The notes under the pieces were generated by a model. It was not told the origin of the DNA. It searched no databases and saw nothing but the letters and a program-made list of their open reading frames with translations. Of a DNA stretch of 64,000 nucleotides, positions 38,335-50,276 are shown one piece after another. How positions within the stretch are numbered: position 1 is the first letter of the stretch; each line of letters starts with the position of its first letter. Source of the DNA: Mobula hypostoma (Eukaryota); the NCBI RefSeq assembly GCF_963921235.1, contig NC_086097.1:132496001-132560000 (forward strand), in the 5' to 3' direction. The translations under genes and the position numbers were made by a program.

Positions 38335-38734
38335 CATGTGGGTGTAAATGGAAGAATATGCACGTGTGTGCCAATGCATATGTGTACATGTCTGCTCGTG
38401 GTTGTGTGTGTGTGTGTGTGTGTGTGTTTATTGTGTCAGTTTATTTGCCTGTCTGCCTTAGAGTGTGTCTGTTTTGTTTGGAGGTATTTTGGGTAATGCA
38501 GTTATACAGTTGTGTCTTTGATTGTTTATTTGTGTCTGCTTGTGTTAATGTATTTGTGTGTTTGTGTTCTGGGTGGATATCTGTGGACACAGGGCATTGT
38601 ATCTGATTAAGTGTGCTTGGATTTGTGTCAGTATGTGTACTTTGTGTGCTTGCGTGTGCTTATGCAAGATAGTATGTGTGTGTGTGTACACTTGTGAGAT
38701 TTTATGAATAAGTCTGCATCTGCCTGTGTGTGCA

Positions 38735-38777
<43 letters not shown>

Positions 38778-38865
38778 TTACGTGCACGTGCATGTGTTTG
38801 TGTTTTTGTCTGTGTGTTTCTATGTGTGTGGTGTGCATGTTTATGTACGCGTTCAAATGTGTATA
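38335..38865. repeat. TG-rich low-complexity tract with pure (GT)n runs at ~38403-38427 and ~38738-38775
   Basis: Read directly from the sequence. Confidence 0.9.
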
Positions 38866-39579
38866 CTTTAGAGCTATCAGCCCTCAGCCCCATCTTGGAT
38901 CAGTCCCCAGGCTGTACGCTAACTGCCTTCTCTACAAGCTAATTTACAAGGATCTGGTCATGTTTACATTAGCCCTCTCCCAATGCATGAAAAGAGCAGG
39001 GTGAGGTGCAGAATAGAAATGAGCATTTATGAATAATTCAATCTTCCTCGTGGCTATTAACACATTTTCCTTGAATAAAGTGATAATAGGTTATCATCTG
39101 TGAAATGGAAATTGCATAACAGAGAGTTTCTGGTTACACCAGAGGAAATTAATTTCACAGCACATCTGTTGGGACCTGACTCGCGAATGCTAAGTATGAG
39201 AAAACGCAGGCGTTACACATCACCACTTTTATAATTAGATTAGCATGCCTGCATCTATGCTGGAAGACTCTCACTGGGTGAAAAGAATTACTGTTCCTTG
39301 TTTCAAATGGCTAATATTTATAATAATGAAATGACTGAGGCAATTAAGGAAAGTTAAAAATGCATTATGGGACTTTATTATATTTAGCAGATGCTACATT
39401 AAAGTGATTGTGTGTTTGCATTATCTGTCTAGTTAAATATTGAGCCTGCTATCAATAAATGTAATGTATTAATATACAATTGTGCCCCTCAGCTCTTAGA
39501 GTAGTGGCTGCCTCACTTAACAAGGCTTGGGTTATTATTTACTGACAGGCAAACAGAGAGAAAAAAATATACAGGTCAA

Positions 39580-40405
39580 CACACACACAAAATGATGGAG
39601 GAACACAGCAGGTCAGGCAGCATCTATAGAAATAAATAAACAGTCAAAGTTCTGGGCTTTGACCCTTCATCAGGACTAGAAAGGAAGGGGGAAGTTGCCA
39701 GAATAAAAAGATGGGGGATGGGAAGGGGGACAAGCTAGAGTGTGATAGATGAAGACGTGGGTGGGACAGGTAAAAGGTTGGAGAAGAAGGAATCTGATAG
39801 GAGAGGAGAGTGGACCATGGGAGAAAAGAAAGGAGAGACACCTTGGGGAGGTGACAGGTAGATGAGGAGATGTAAGAGGGCAGAATGGGGAATAGAAGAG
39901 GGAATGGGAAGGGGGAAAGAAAGTCCATTTTCCGAGCTTTACCTGGAACTGCTTCCCAACTTTTTCCACACTGCATAAATGACTGCATTGGTGCTGCTTC
40001 TTGCACCCATGCAGATCTCGTCAACTTAATCAATTTTGCTCCAACTTTCACCCTGTCCTTAAATTCACTTGGTCCATTTTTGACACCTCTCTCTCCTTTC
40101 TCAATCTCTCTGTCTTTATTGCTAGAGTCAAACTGTCTACTGACATCTTTTATAAACCTACCAAATCTCGTGGTTATCTTGACTACACAGTACCTCTTCC
40201 CAACCTGTCACCTGTAAAAATTTTATTCCCTTTTCTTAGTTCCTTTGTCTCCACCGCATCTGTTCCAGGATGAGACTTTCCTTTCCAGGACATCATAGAT
40301 GTCCCCTTTCTTCAAAGAACGAGGTTTCCTTTCCACAATTATTGATGCCTCCCTCACGCACATCTCTACCATTTTCTGGGCATCTGCCTCACCCCATCTT
40401 CCCTC
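39580..40405. mobile_element. PLE fragment: inverted pLTR (minus, ~39580-39920) fused to an RT fragment (plus, ~39925-40405)
   Basis: Plus strand gives CINDCIGAASCTHADLVNLINF, NFHPVLKFTWSIFDTSLSFL and LSTDIFYKPT..GYLDY (PLE RT motif C and thumb). Minus strand carries the terminus with a hammerhead-like motif at 39641-39678. Confidence 0.85.
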
Positions 40406-40714
40406 CTGAAGTCAATGACTATTTCTTTTGTTTTACTGATATTGAGGGAAAGGTTGTTGTCATGACGTTAGTTTAATATGCCCCCAATCTCCTTCCTGTA
40501 CTCCGAGTCATAGTTATGAGAAAGACGGCCCACTTTGGAGGTATCTTCTGCAAACTTAGAGCAGAATATGGCGTCATATGTGTACAGGTGCTTTGATAAA
40601 CTTACTTGCAGCAGTGTCACAGGCACATAGCATTAGAGACACAACATTCACAAGGAAAACATAAATTAAACAATAAGGAATAAAGACCTCTCAAAAGGCC
40701 ACTAAAGTGGGTAT

Positions 40715-41065
40715 TGTTTCATAGTAGTTAAGCTACTGCATTTGCAGCCTGTGTTCTGAACCATTGATTCAGCGATGTGAGTTCAAATCCCACCATCACA
40801 GCTGGGGGCATTTAAATTAAGTTAATTAAATAAATCTTGAACTTTAAAAATAACAGTAAGCACAACACTACTGGATTGTTGTTAAAAAGCTAACTGGATT
40901 GCTCAGAGAAGGAAATCTTCCTCTTTTACCCAGTCTGGCTTGTTCATACATGTAAGCCCCAGACACACCAACATCATTGACTCTTAATTACTACTTCAGT
41001 TGGGCAAAAATGGATGGGCAATAAATGTTGGTATTGCTATCATTTGTCACCATCCTGTCAAGGAT
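40715..41065 (+). mobile_element. Old tRNA-derived SINE
   Basis: GAGTTCAAATCCC B box, GGAAATCTT..TTACCCAGTCTGGC body and GGATGGGCAATAAATG tail. Related pieces lie at ~3390-3515 (-) and ~22800-22860. Confidence 0.55.
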
Positions 41066-42899
41066 AAATTAATACGAAAGAATCAATTTACCTCCATGTC
41101 AGCAATCCAGGATCAAGAAACTCTTAGAAAATATGAATTGATATACTGCATAAGTCCTTTCCTTGTTTGTCCCCATGTTGTAATATACTGTGCAGCTACT
41201 GCAAACAGCTAATTTTCAGAAGCATTTATATCCTGTCAGTAAAAGTAAAGATAATTAACTTCAGGAAGGAGAAGGAGGGCAAGCACTCACTCATCTATAT
41301 TGAGTGATTGGCAGTGGAGAGAGTCACAGCTTTAAATTCAAGGGCATAAACATATTGGATAACCTATCGTGAGCCAGGCTCAACACAGGCACAGTTGCCT
41401 GAAGTACTACCAAGTTCAAGAACAGCTATAATGCTAATCACTACAGATTAGCAACACAATGAACACTTTGTTGTATTTGCACTAAATTGGACTGTTTAAA
41501 TTGTGTTTGTAAAAGTTGCATCTAATTCATGTTTGAATTGTTTTTCTTGCGAATGCTGGTGAGATGGTGCAATCTGCCTGTGACGGTACTGCAATGCACC
41601 TGTGCATTGACATAGTTGCACATATGACGATAAACTTGTGACTTTGACTTTGACTCTGTTTGCATGCCTATGAAACAATACACTTGAGCCTGAACATGAA
41701 ACAAAGGTACTTTCATTTGTTTGTGCCTTTTAAGCATTGGAAGAAAATGAACAATTTCCACAGTAAATTGAATGATGAAACAACGTGGACCAGAATTTTA
41801 CCTGAAATCCAATCAGTAAATCTGACTTAGCCTTCAGCCTCCTGAAAGTTGACCCGTGCCCTCCATGTGCTCAACATAATGAAACACAGAGGTAGCCCGC
41901 TATATGCAAATTGGTGAATTGGTGTCTTGACGAACTATTGCAGGCACTTGCATTGAAGCAAGTCTCCACAGGAGAGTTGAAGGTTGCTTCAGTATTATTA
42001 AAAAGAGCAAATTTACCAGGTTCACTACTGTTAAATTTGAGGCATCTGTTTTTTTTCATTCTTCTGAAGTCTTTCAGGATCCCAGTTGTTGTATGAATCT
42101 ATACCCCAGAACTTAGCCAAGTCCCTTATCTGACCCCCATTGCCAGAACTCTGCAGAAACAATGGTCGAGCTTTTTTTCCCTCTAAATCTATATGCTAAA
42201 AACCAATCGTAGAATTCATTTCTAAAAATCTGAAAATGTGTAAAGTGCCCGTATATTTGGATACACGCATGGTACCCGTGCATCTATGAATTCATAGAAA
42301 GCTTTTCTGCTGAGCATGCAACTTTTACATCCAAAGGGGTCGTGGGCTGCCATCTCAATGAGTGAACACATGGGATATACAGTCAGTTCTATAGTGCCTG
42401 CCTTGTGTCTTTTAGGACATGCCAAAGCACTTTGTTGTCAATTATATGATTTTTTTTTTAGCATAGTCATTAGTTACAACATAGGAAACTCAGCAATCAA
42501 TTTGAAAGCTATTAATAAAGGACAATGAATAAATACATCACTATGCCACAATCAATAATGTAATAATGAGCAAATAACTACCATCTGTGATGTTGATTGT
42601 GCTTGGGAATGGTAGCTCTGGGTAAATATTGGACAGGATTTCCCTATTCTACTTTGAAGCACAGCCATACTATGGCAGATCATAGTCAGTGTGAATGGCT
42701 TAGAGCAGCAAGGATAGCCTGGAATCACCAATTAATTGGGCAGAAAATGAGCTCAATTACAGTCAGTGTTGTATGCTGCATTGTTAAGGTAACCCAGGGT
42801 CTTCCAGGGTGCCTGAAGGAAACAGATCAGGGCCTAAATTGTTCCAACACATTTACTGAATTGGATGGCCGGCTTTCCAGAAGCACAATAGAAAACACA

Positions 42900-43290
42900 G
42901 TCATTCTGTTCCCCTATCCCAGTTTCACTCTGCCCCCTCCCCCAGCTGCCTATCACCTCCCTCATGGTTCTGCCTACTTCTACTACCCATTGTGTTTTCC
43001 CCTATTCCTTCTTCACCTTTCCTGCCTATCACCTCCCTGCATTCCCCCCCCCCACCCCTTTATCTTTCCCTTTACTGGTTCTTCACCTGGAACCTACCAG
43101 CCTTCTCCTTCCCACCCTCCCCCCACCTTCTTTATAGGGCCTCTGCCCCTTCCCTCTACAGTCCTGACGAAGGGTTCCAGCCGGAAACGTTGACTGATCG
43201 TTTCCAGGGATGCTGCCCGACCTGCTAGTTCCTCCAGCATGTTGTGAGTGTTGCTTTGACCCCAGCATCTGCAGAGTATTTTGTGTTTAC
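42900..43290 (+). mobile_element. PLE pLTR terminus with hammerhead motif
   Basis: Pyrimidine tract, CAGTC-CTGACGA-...-GAAA-CGTT-GACTG, then GATGCTGCCCGACCTGCT..CCAGCATCTGCAGA. Confidence 0.85.
43159..43196 (+). ncRNA. Minimal type I hammerhead ribozyme motif (stem II mismatch)
   Basis: Stem I CAGTC/GACTG, CUGACGA and GAAA core, GUU triplet. Confidence 0.6.
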
Positions 43291-44239
43291 AGTCATCCTG
43301 TTTACAGCTCCTGACCAGCATCAGTAAAAATTTCCTCTCTAGGATGATTGAAACGGTACGGAATTCGCTTTGAAAGATGGACTAAAATATTCTTTGAAGT
43401 TTCCAATCTTAAAAGTGCTTGCATTACAAGTGCACTACATAAAGGTGATATATTTTGGAAATGTCCCAGTTGGCAAAATCAATTATGTTCCTTGTCTATC
43501 AATAGTATACATATTAATCAAAGGTAATGAGATTCATAAACTGTGATGTGCTGGCATTTATAAATAAAGAATACAGAAAGACTACAGGTATGGTAATACA
43601 TGCATGAATGAAGTTAGATGAGTATCTGATCAAAGCAGCGAGATTGAGAAGGTGCCATAACTATAAAAGGCAAGCTGAGATCTTTATGAATGTCATTTGT
43701 GCCTGGTATTCGATTACACTCATAAAGTCCTCTCCATCACATTTTTTTATCCTACCTATTAAACAGAGGCTCTCATGAGCATAAGCCAATATGTATGGAA
43801 ACTCAGGCCTGTAAATGACCACCCTAGCATTGCAGGCTTCCAGTACATTCTGCTTCCCTCTGCCCTCCTAGTGAACTTCCTTCTTACGCTCCTGCTCCTG
43901 ACTTCTTAAAGAGACATGGGGGGGGGGGGCGTGGAGTGGGGACGGGCCAAGGTAAAGGTCCTGCTTCCACAGAGGACTAGGAAATTGAGTGAGAAGGTTA
44001 ATGCTCGATCAAGCACATGACTCTGCACATGGTGCAGTAAAATCCGTGCCTTCACCTGATCTGTCAAGGTCAGCAGATACACCTTCAAATACCATCACAA
44101 CCACCACCGACCCAGATATCTCTCACTGCATTTCTCACTATTTCTGAATCACTAGCTACAGGCGGCAAAAGTATTCAGCTCTTACAGAAACACCTCTCCT
44201 CTTGGCTCATGTCTATCATTGCAATGTCTACACTGACTC

Positions 44240-45700
44240 CCAAGAGCTCCCACATTGATAGCATCTACAAGAGGTGCTTCCTCAGGAAGGTAAAATCCAT
44301 CATCAAAGATACCTTCATCTGAGCCATGCCATCTTTCCATAGCTACCATCAGGCAGGAGATCCAGAAGCTGTATGTTTTGATATTGTGATGTACATGTGA
44401 TAAATAAAGCTAATCTTTTTAAATCTCAACAGTGAAAAACTTGCTTGCAGCAGCATCATAGAAACAAAGGTACAGGCAACATATAGAATATTAACCATAC
44501 AAAAAAAAACACTGCCAAACTAGGTATCAGTGCCAAAAGAAAAGCACGATCAGTGACAAGGTCATGGTAGTGTATTCTGTTGATGATGTAGGGTTAGGAT
44601 TGCGGGTCAATTGAAGAATCCGATGGCTGTAGAAAGCAGCTTTTCTTGAACCTGGCGGTGTGGGATGTTGGGCTTCTGTACCTCCTGTCTGATGGTAGCA
44701 GTAAGAAGAGGGTATGACATGGAGAAGTGTGGATCCTAGATGATAGATGCCACCTTCTTGAGGCAGCCACTCCTGTAGATGCTGTCAATAGTGGGGAAGG
44801 CAGTACCTGTAGTAGACTGACCTGTGTCCACTACTTTCCGGAGCCTGTTTTATTCCTGGAATTGTGGTATCAAGCTCCGATGTAACCAGTCAGAATACTT
44901 TCAATAGTGCACCTGTGGAAGTTTGCTAGTGTATTTGTGACATGCCAAATCTCCTTGATCTTCCAGGAGAGTAGGGTGTTGATGTGCCTCTTTGTGATGG
45001 CCCCTATGTAATGTTAACATTACACAGTGTCCCAGCCATGCTGTGCTCCAAAGTGAATGTGCACTAGATGTACCCAAGTTGTGAAGCAGCTACTTAACCA
45101 AAAGTGTTGAAGTGATCAAATGTCACTTAGCACTGGCCATCCTACTTCTTTTTGGCTTTTCCCTTGGAGCAACTTTAGAAAGCACCAAGCAATTGTAGAT
45201 CATGGGTATCTATCATGGGTAAAGCCCTCTCCACCACTGAGCACATCTACATGAAACGTTGTCACAGGAAAGCAGCATCCATCATCAAGGAACCCTACCA
45301 CACAGGACCGCACCCATGCAGGAGTGTTACTACCACACTGTTCTCCTCCATCCTTTCCCCGCCCCCCCCCCCGCCACCATCAGGCAGAAGGCAGAAAAGC
45401 CTGAAAGAGTACACCATCAGACTCAAAGATGGCTTCTATTCCATTACTATAAAACAATGGTCCACTTGCCTGATAAGATGGACTCTTGACCTCACAATCT
45501 ACCACATTACGACCCTTGCACCTTATTGACTGGCTGCACTGCATTTTCTCTGTATCAGTAACAGTTTTCCTGTATTCTGCTACTGCTTTTCCCTTGTACA
45601 AGTTTAATATACTGATGTGATGAAATCATCTTTATAAATAGCATGCAAAATAAAATTTTTCATTGTACCTCAGTGTATTTGACAATAGTAAAGCAAGTTA
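44240..45700. mobile_element. Cluster of Rex1/Babar 3' fragments on both strands
   Basis: Repeated KRCHRKAASIIK.P..PSGRR.KSL motifs in ORFs 45215-45529 (+) and 44594-44788 (-). Confidence 0.7.
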
Positions 45701-46370
45701 CCAAGCAAGAAATGATCAGACTTGGTTGAGGGATGTAGCCTCCATTACACGAGAGAAATCAAACACAGATTTGTGAAACACCATCACTCAGTCAGCAGTC
45801 ATGATCCTGGGCTTTCTACTTCTGACTGCCTGCAGCTTCCTCCACTGCCATAGTGAGGCCCAATGTGAACTAGTGGAGCACATATTCCCTTATGCTAAGG
45901 CCCTTTCCAACCTCCTAAATGAATCCTGAATTCTACAACTTCAAGTCAACATCTTCCCCATCATTTCCCCTTATTATGCCTGTATATTAGAATCCCATAA
46001 GAGACTCCTGGATAGGTACCTAGTGTTTAGGAGAATAGAGGGTTATGGGTAACCCTAGGTAATTTCCAAAGTAAGTACATGTTCGACACAGCATTGTGGG
46101 CCAAAGGGCCTGTATTGTGCTGTAGGTTTTCTATGTTTCTGTTTCTATATTCCATTCTCATCCTATTTCTATAAAGTATCTCCAAAAAAGTCAGTTATCT
46201 TGTTCCTTATCACCTGTTTCATATTAATGTACATAGTTTTTTTTTAATCTTACACCTCACAGCTCCCCCCACCAAACAACAGGAATTCTGCAGATGCTGG
46301 AAATTCAAGCAACACACATCAAAGTTGCTGGTGAACGCAGCAGGCCAGGCAGCATCTCTAGGAAGAGGTG

Positions 46371-46408
46371 CAGTCAACGTTTCAGGCCGAGACCCTTCGT
46401 CAGGACTA
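46371..46408 (-). ncRNA. Minimal type I hammerhead ribozyme motif
   Basis: Minus strand TAGTC-CTGACGA-AGGGTCTCGGCCT-GAAA-C-GTT-GACTG. Confidence 0.7.
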
Positions 46409-47326
46409 ACTGAAGGAAGAGTGAGTAAGGGATTTGAAAGTTGGAGGGGGAGGGGGAGATCCAAAATGATAGGAGAAGACAGGAGGGGGAGGGATAGAGC
46501 CAAGAGCTGGACAGGTGATAGGCAAAAGGGGATACGAGAGGATCATGGGACAGGAGGTCCGGGAAGAAAGACAAGGGGGGGGACCCAGAGGATGGGCAAG
46601 AGGTATATTCAGAGGGACAGAGGGAGAAAAAGGAGAGTGAGAGAAAGAATGTGTGCATAAAAATAAGTAACAGATGGGGTACGAGGGGGAGGTGGGGCCT
46701 TAGCGGAAGTTAGAGAAGTCGATGTTCATGCCATCAGGTTGGAGGCTACCCAGACGGAATATAAGGTGTTGTTCCTCCAACCTGAGTGTGCCTTCATCTT
46801 TACAGTAGAGGAGGCCGTGGATAGACATGTCAGAATGGGAATGGGATGTGGAATTAAAATGTGTTAAAATGAATTAAAATCCACATCCCAATCCCATTCT
46901 GACATGTCTATCCACGGCCTCCTCTACTATAAAGATGAAGCCACACTCAGGTTGGAGGAACAACACCTTATATTCCATCTGGGTAGCCTCCAACCTGATG
47001 GCATGAACATCGACATCTCTAACTTCCGCTAATGCCCCACCTCCCCCTCGTATCCCATCTGTTACTTATTTTTATGCACACATTCTTTCTCTCACTCTCC
47101 TTTTTCTCCCTCTGTCCATCTGAATATACCTCTTGCCCATCCTCTGGGTCCCCCCCACCCCCGTCTTTCTTCCCGGACCTCCTGTCCCATGATCCTCTCG
47201 TATCCCCTTTTGCCTACCACCTGTCCAGCTCTTGGCTCCATCCCTCCCCCTCCTGTCTTCTACTATCATTTTGGATCTCCCCCTCCCCCTCCAACTTTCA
47301 AATCCCTTACTCACTCTTCCTTCAGT

Positions 47327-47364
47327 TAGTCCTGACGAAGGGTCTCGGCCTGAAACGTCGACTG
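47327..47364 (+). ncRNA. Minimal type I hammerhead ribozyme motif (best-conserved copy)
   Basis: TAGTC-CTGACGA-AGGGTCTCGGCCT-GAAA-C-GTC-GACTG. All core nucleotides are present and the GUC triplet ends at 47359. Confidence 0.78.
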
Positions 47365-48869
47365 CACCTCTTCCTACAGATGCTGCCTGGCCTGCTGCGT
47401 TCACCAGCAACTTTGATGTGTGTAGCTCCCCCCACCTATGCTTTGGAAATGGTAAACCCTCCCGTCTCCTTTCAGTTCTGAGGAAGTGCCAATGACCCAT
47501 AATGCTACGGATTTCTCTACCCCCAGATGCTGTTTGACTGGCTGAGTCCTTCCATCATTTTTCTGTGTTTGCTTCAGTGATACTGATGTTGTTTGGCCAG
47601 GATGCTAGGGTAACTCCCATCCTGAACTTCACAGCAGTGTAATGGGATCCCTGTCACCCACTTCACCTTAACTCCTCATCTGGAATGCAGATTTCTCTCT
47701 GTATGGCTCTGGAGTATCAGCCAGAGGCAATTCTCTCAACCTACACCTTCTGACTTAGAGGAAAGCAGGCTTCCAATTCAAGCCACAGCTGAAATCCTGT
47801 AAAAACAATAGCATTATTTGATTATAAGCAAAAACAGTGCAATACACTCACAGGTTAGTCATTGTCTGAGTTTATATAGCCATTTTTTTTGCTAGCTGCA
47901 TAATCCTGATGGACGGGGCCTGTAATTAACCAGGATCATTTTGTCAACAGAAGACATAATTCCAAAGTATATAATTACACTTTTTCTCTCTATTGCAACA
48001 CTTTAGTGAGAACAAGAATGTCAAAAAGGAGTAAAGCTACATCATTTGAGAGCTCTTAAATATGGACTCGGGTCAGCCTGGCCAAGAGAATAAATATATT
48101 CCAGAGACTCCATCCGTTATTCATTTGCAAGTTCATCATATTGCATCTACTTTTAATTTTTGCTGAGAAAAGATGAAAGTGAAATGGTTACTCTATTCAT
48201 GTGTTGAAGATATATGAGATTAATGAATTGGACCTCGATATCAGAGAGCTGAAAACAACAGTGGATAATTACCTGGCAGATGAAATTATCACAATCTTTG
48301 CTTGACTGTGGATTCCATTGTTGTACTCGGTAATCTGTTCCTGAAAGGCTTCCATTAGTCTGCCACTCACAACCTTGGAGGAAGCCCTTCAGCAACCCCC
48401 ATGCCTGTGCATCCAATAAGATCACCTGCACCCTCACTCCTCTATCTCTACAGGTTGCATGGCCTTTAATATCATTACATAACAAGAATAGACCAATTTT
48501 ATTCTTCTTAAAAGATCCACAGTTCTTTTTAAAGTGAGTTGGGGAGGAAACCCAACTATGCAAGCAAGGTTTTCTGACTGCACTCTCGATTATCCCAACT
48601 CTCAATTTCAGGCTCCAATTTGCCTTGCAAAATGTTTCTGGCCACATTGAAGTATCTGATGTCCACCTTATCTTGCGACTACTTGAGGTATGTCCAAGTT
48701 CATTGATCCATTCCTGCATTCAACTTAATTTCTGAAATTGTCTAATTTCTAGAGAAATACAGTATGAGCTCTCTCACTTCAAAGAAATCCACCTTCATAT
48801 TCCTTGATGACATAGACGAAGGCCATTTGGCTCTTCAGAGTATTCCTATCAGTCCCCTTTCCCCACTGT

Positions 48870-49195
48870 GGGCAGCACAGTAACACAGCAGCTAATGGAA
48901 TTGCTTTACATTGCCAGTTATCACTGATTAGGGTTTGACTCCTGCTGCTGTCTGTAAGGAATATGTGTGTTCTCCCCGTGACCATGTGGGTTTGCTCTAG
49001 GTGCCCTGGTTTCAACCACAATCTGAAGATATATGGTTAGAGTTACTGAGTTGTGGGCATGTTACATTGGCACCAGAAACATGGTGACACTTACAGGTGG
49101 CTGCTAGTACAATCCTTGGACATGTTGGGTGTTGACACAAAACAAGTTTTGTTGCTTTGATGTACATATGACAAACAAAGCTAATCTTTACTTAT
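48870..49195 (+). mobile_element. V-SINE; further copies at ~17290-17450 (-), ~50050-50265 (-), ~51165-51500 (+) and ~53900-54130 (+)
   Basis: V-domain TTCTCCCCGTGACCATGTGGGTTTGCTCTAGGTGCCCTGGTTTC. Confidence 0.75.
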
Positions 49196-49439
49196 TTCCT
49201 GATAACCTGTTCTCTCTCACATGCCCATTAACCCCTTCAGAATCTCCTACCACACACTGGGACGAATGTGCCAATTATTCTATCGATCAACGTGTCTTGG
49301 AAACAGTGCACTCAGGGTACCTCGTGTGATATGATCCCATAAAGTAAGAAAGAGTTCTACAGACTGCAGAGGGCCAATTTCCTCCACCCACCTCCTTTGA
49401 ACAATAGCTTGTCACCACACACTCCAACAAACTTCTGCA

Positions 49440-49975
49440 GGTGCATTATAGAAGTTATTTTGATTGATTGCAACATGGCCTGGTATGACAGTTCCAATGC
49501 GCACAAAGGAAAGAGGTTGCAAGAAAGTTGGGAACACAGCCTTGTCCACTATTGACAGGATCTACAGAAGATGCTGCTTCAAGAAGGTGTCATTTATCTT
49601 CAAAGGACCTCCATCATCCATGTCATGCCCTCCCTCGCTGCTACCATATGACAGGAGATACAGAAAGCCTGAATTCTCACATCACGATGTTCAAGTACAA
49701 CTACTTTCCTACAGCCGTCAGCATCTCAAAATGATTTTCGTAACCCTAACCCTACCTCAACAACTGAATATTATGGATCATCTCCTTCATTACCATAGAC
49801 TTCTCTCTTATTGTGTTTTTTTTCCCACCAACAACTTGTTTTACAGAGTCTTTTTTCTTCACAGTCTTGTATAATTTAGGTTCTCTGTGTTGTGCCCATG
49901 ATACTACAGCAAGCAAATTCTTCCTTGTCCAGGTACCTCACCATACATATGCATATGACAATAAACTTGTCTTTA
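49440..49975 (+). mobile_element. Rex1/Babar 3' fragment
   Basis: ALSTIDRIYRRCCFKKVS..LLPYDRRYR; tail ATGACAATAAAC. Confidence 0.7.
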
Positions 49976-50276
49976 AAGTTTAAGATTAGATTAAAGATTA
50001 GATTTAGTTGTCATACGAACGTACATCAAAGCATACAGTGAAATGTATCATTTATGTGTCTGAGGATGTGCTGGGGTCAGCCATACTTTGGCACAATGTA
50101 ACATGCCCATAGTTTACTAACCTTAACCCGTTCGTCTATGGAAGCAAAAGGAAACTGATTTGGTCATGGGGAGAACATACAAATTCCTTACAGTCAACAG
50201 CAGAATTGAACCTGGGTCGCTGGAGCTGTAATAGCATTATGCTAACCACTGGGCTACCGTGCCACCTTTGACTTTG

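Larger units (their letters stand above)
46274..47423. mobile_element. Young PLE insertion forming a long inverted repeat (foldback)
   Basis: Arms 46312-46852 and 46880-47423 are near-perfect reverse complements. Perfect 13-bp TSD AGCTCCCCCCACC at 46261-46273 and 47424-47436. Confidence 0.92.

Noticed and set aside
38358..39004. Several CV- or HT-rich ORFs
   Set aside because: They are artefacts of (TG)n low-complexity sequence.
42597..43193. 198-aa ORF
   Set aside because: Non-ATG start, the second half is the PLE pyrimidine tract, and there is no recognisable domain.
46219..47500. Pairs of near-identical ORFs on opposite strands suggesting duplicated genes
   Set aside because: They are explained by the inverted PLE arms and are translations of non-coding terminal sequence.
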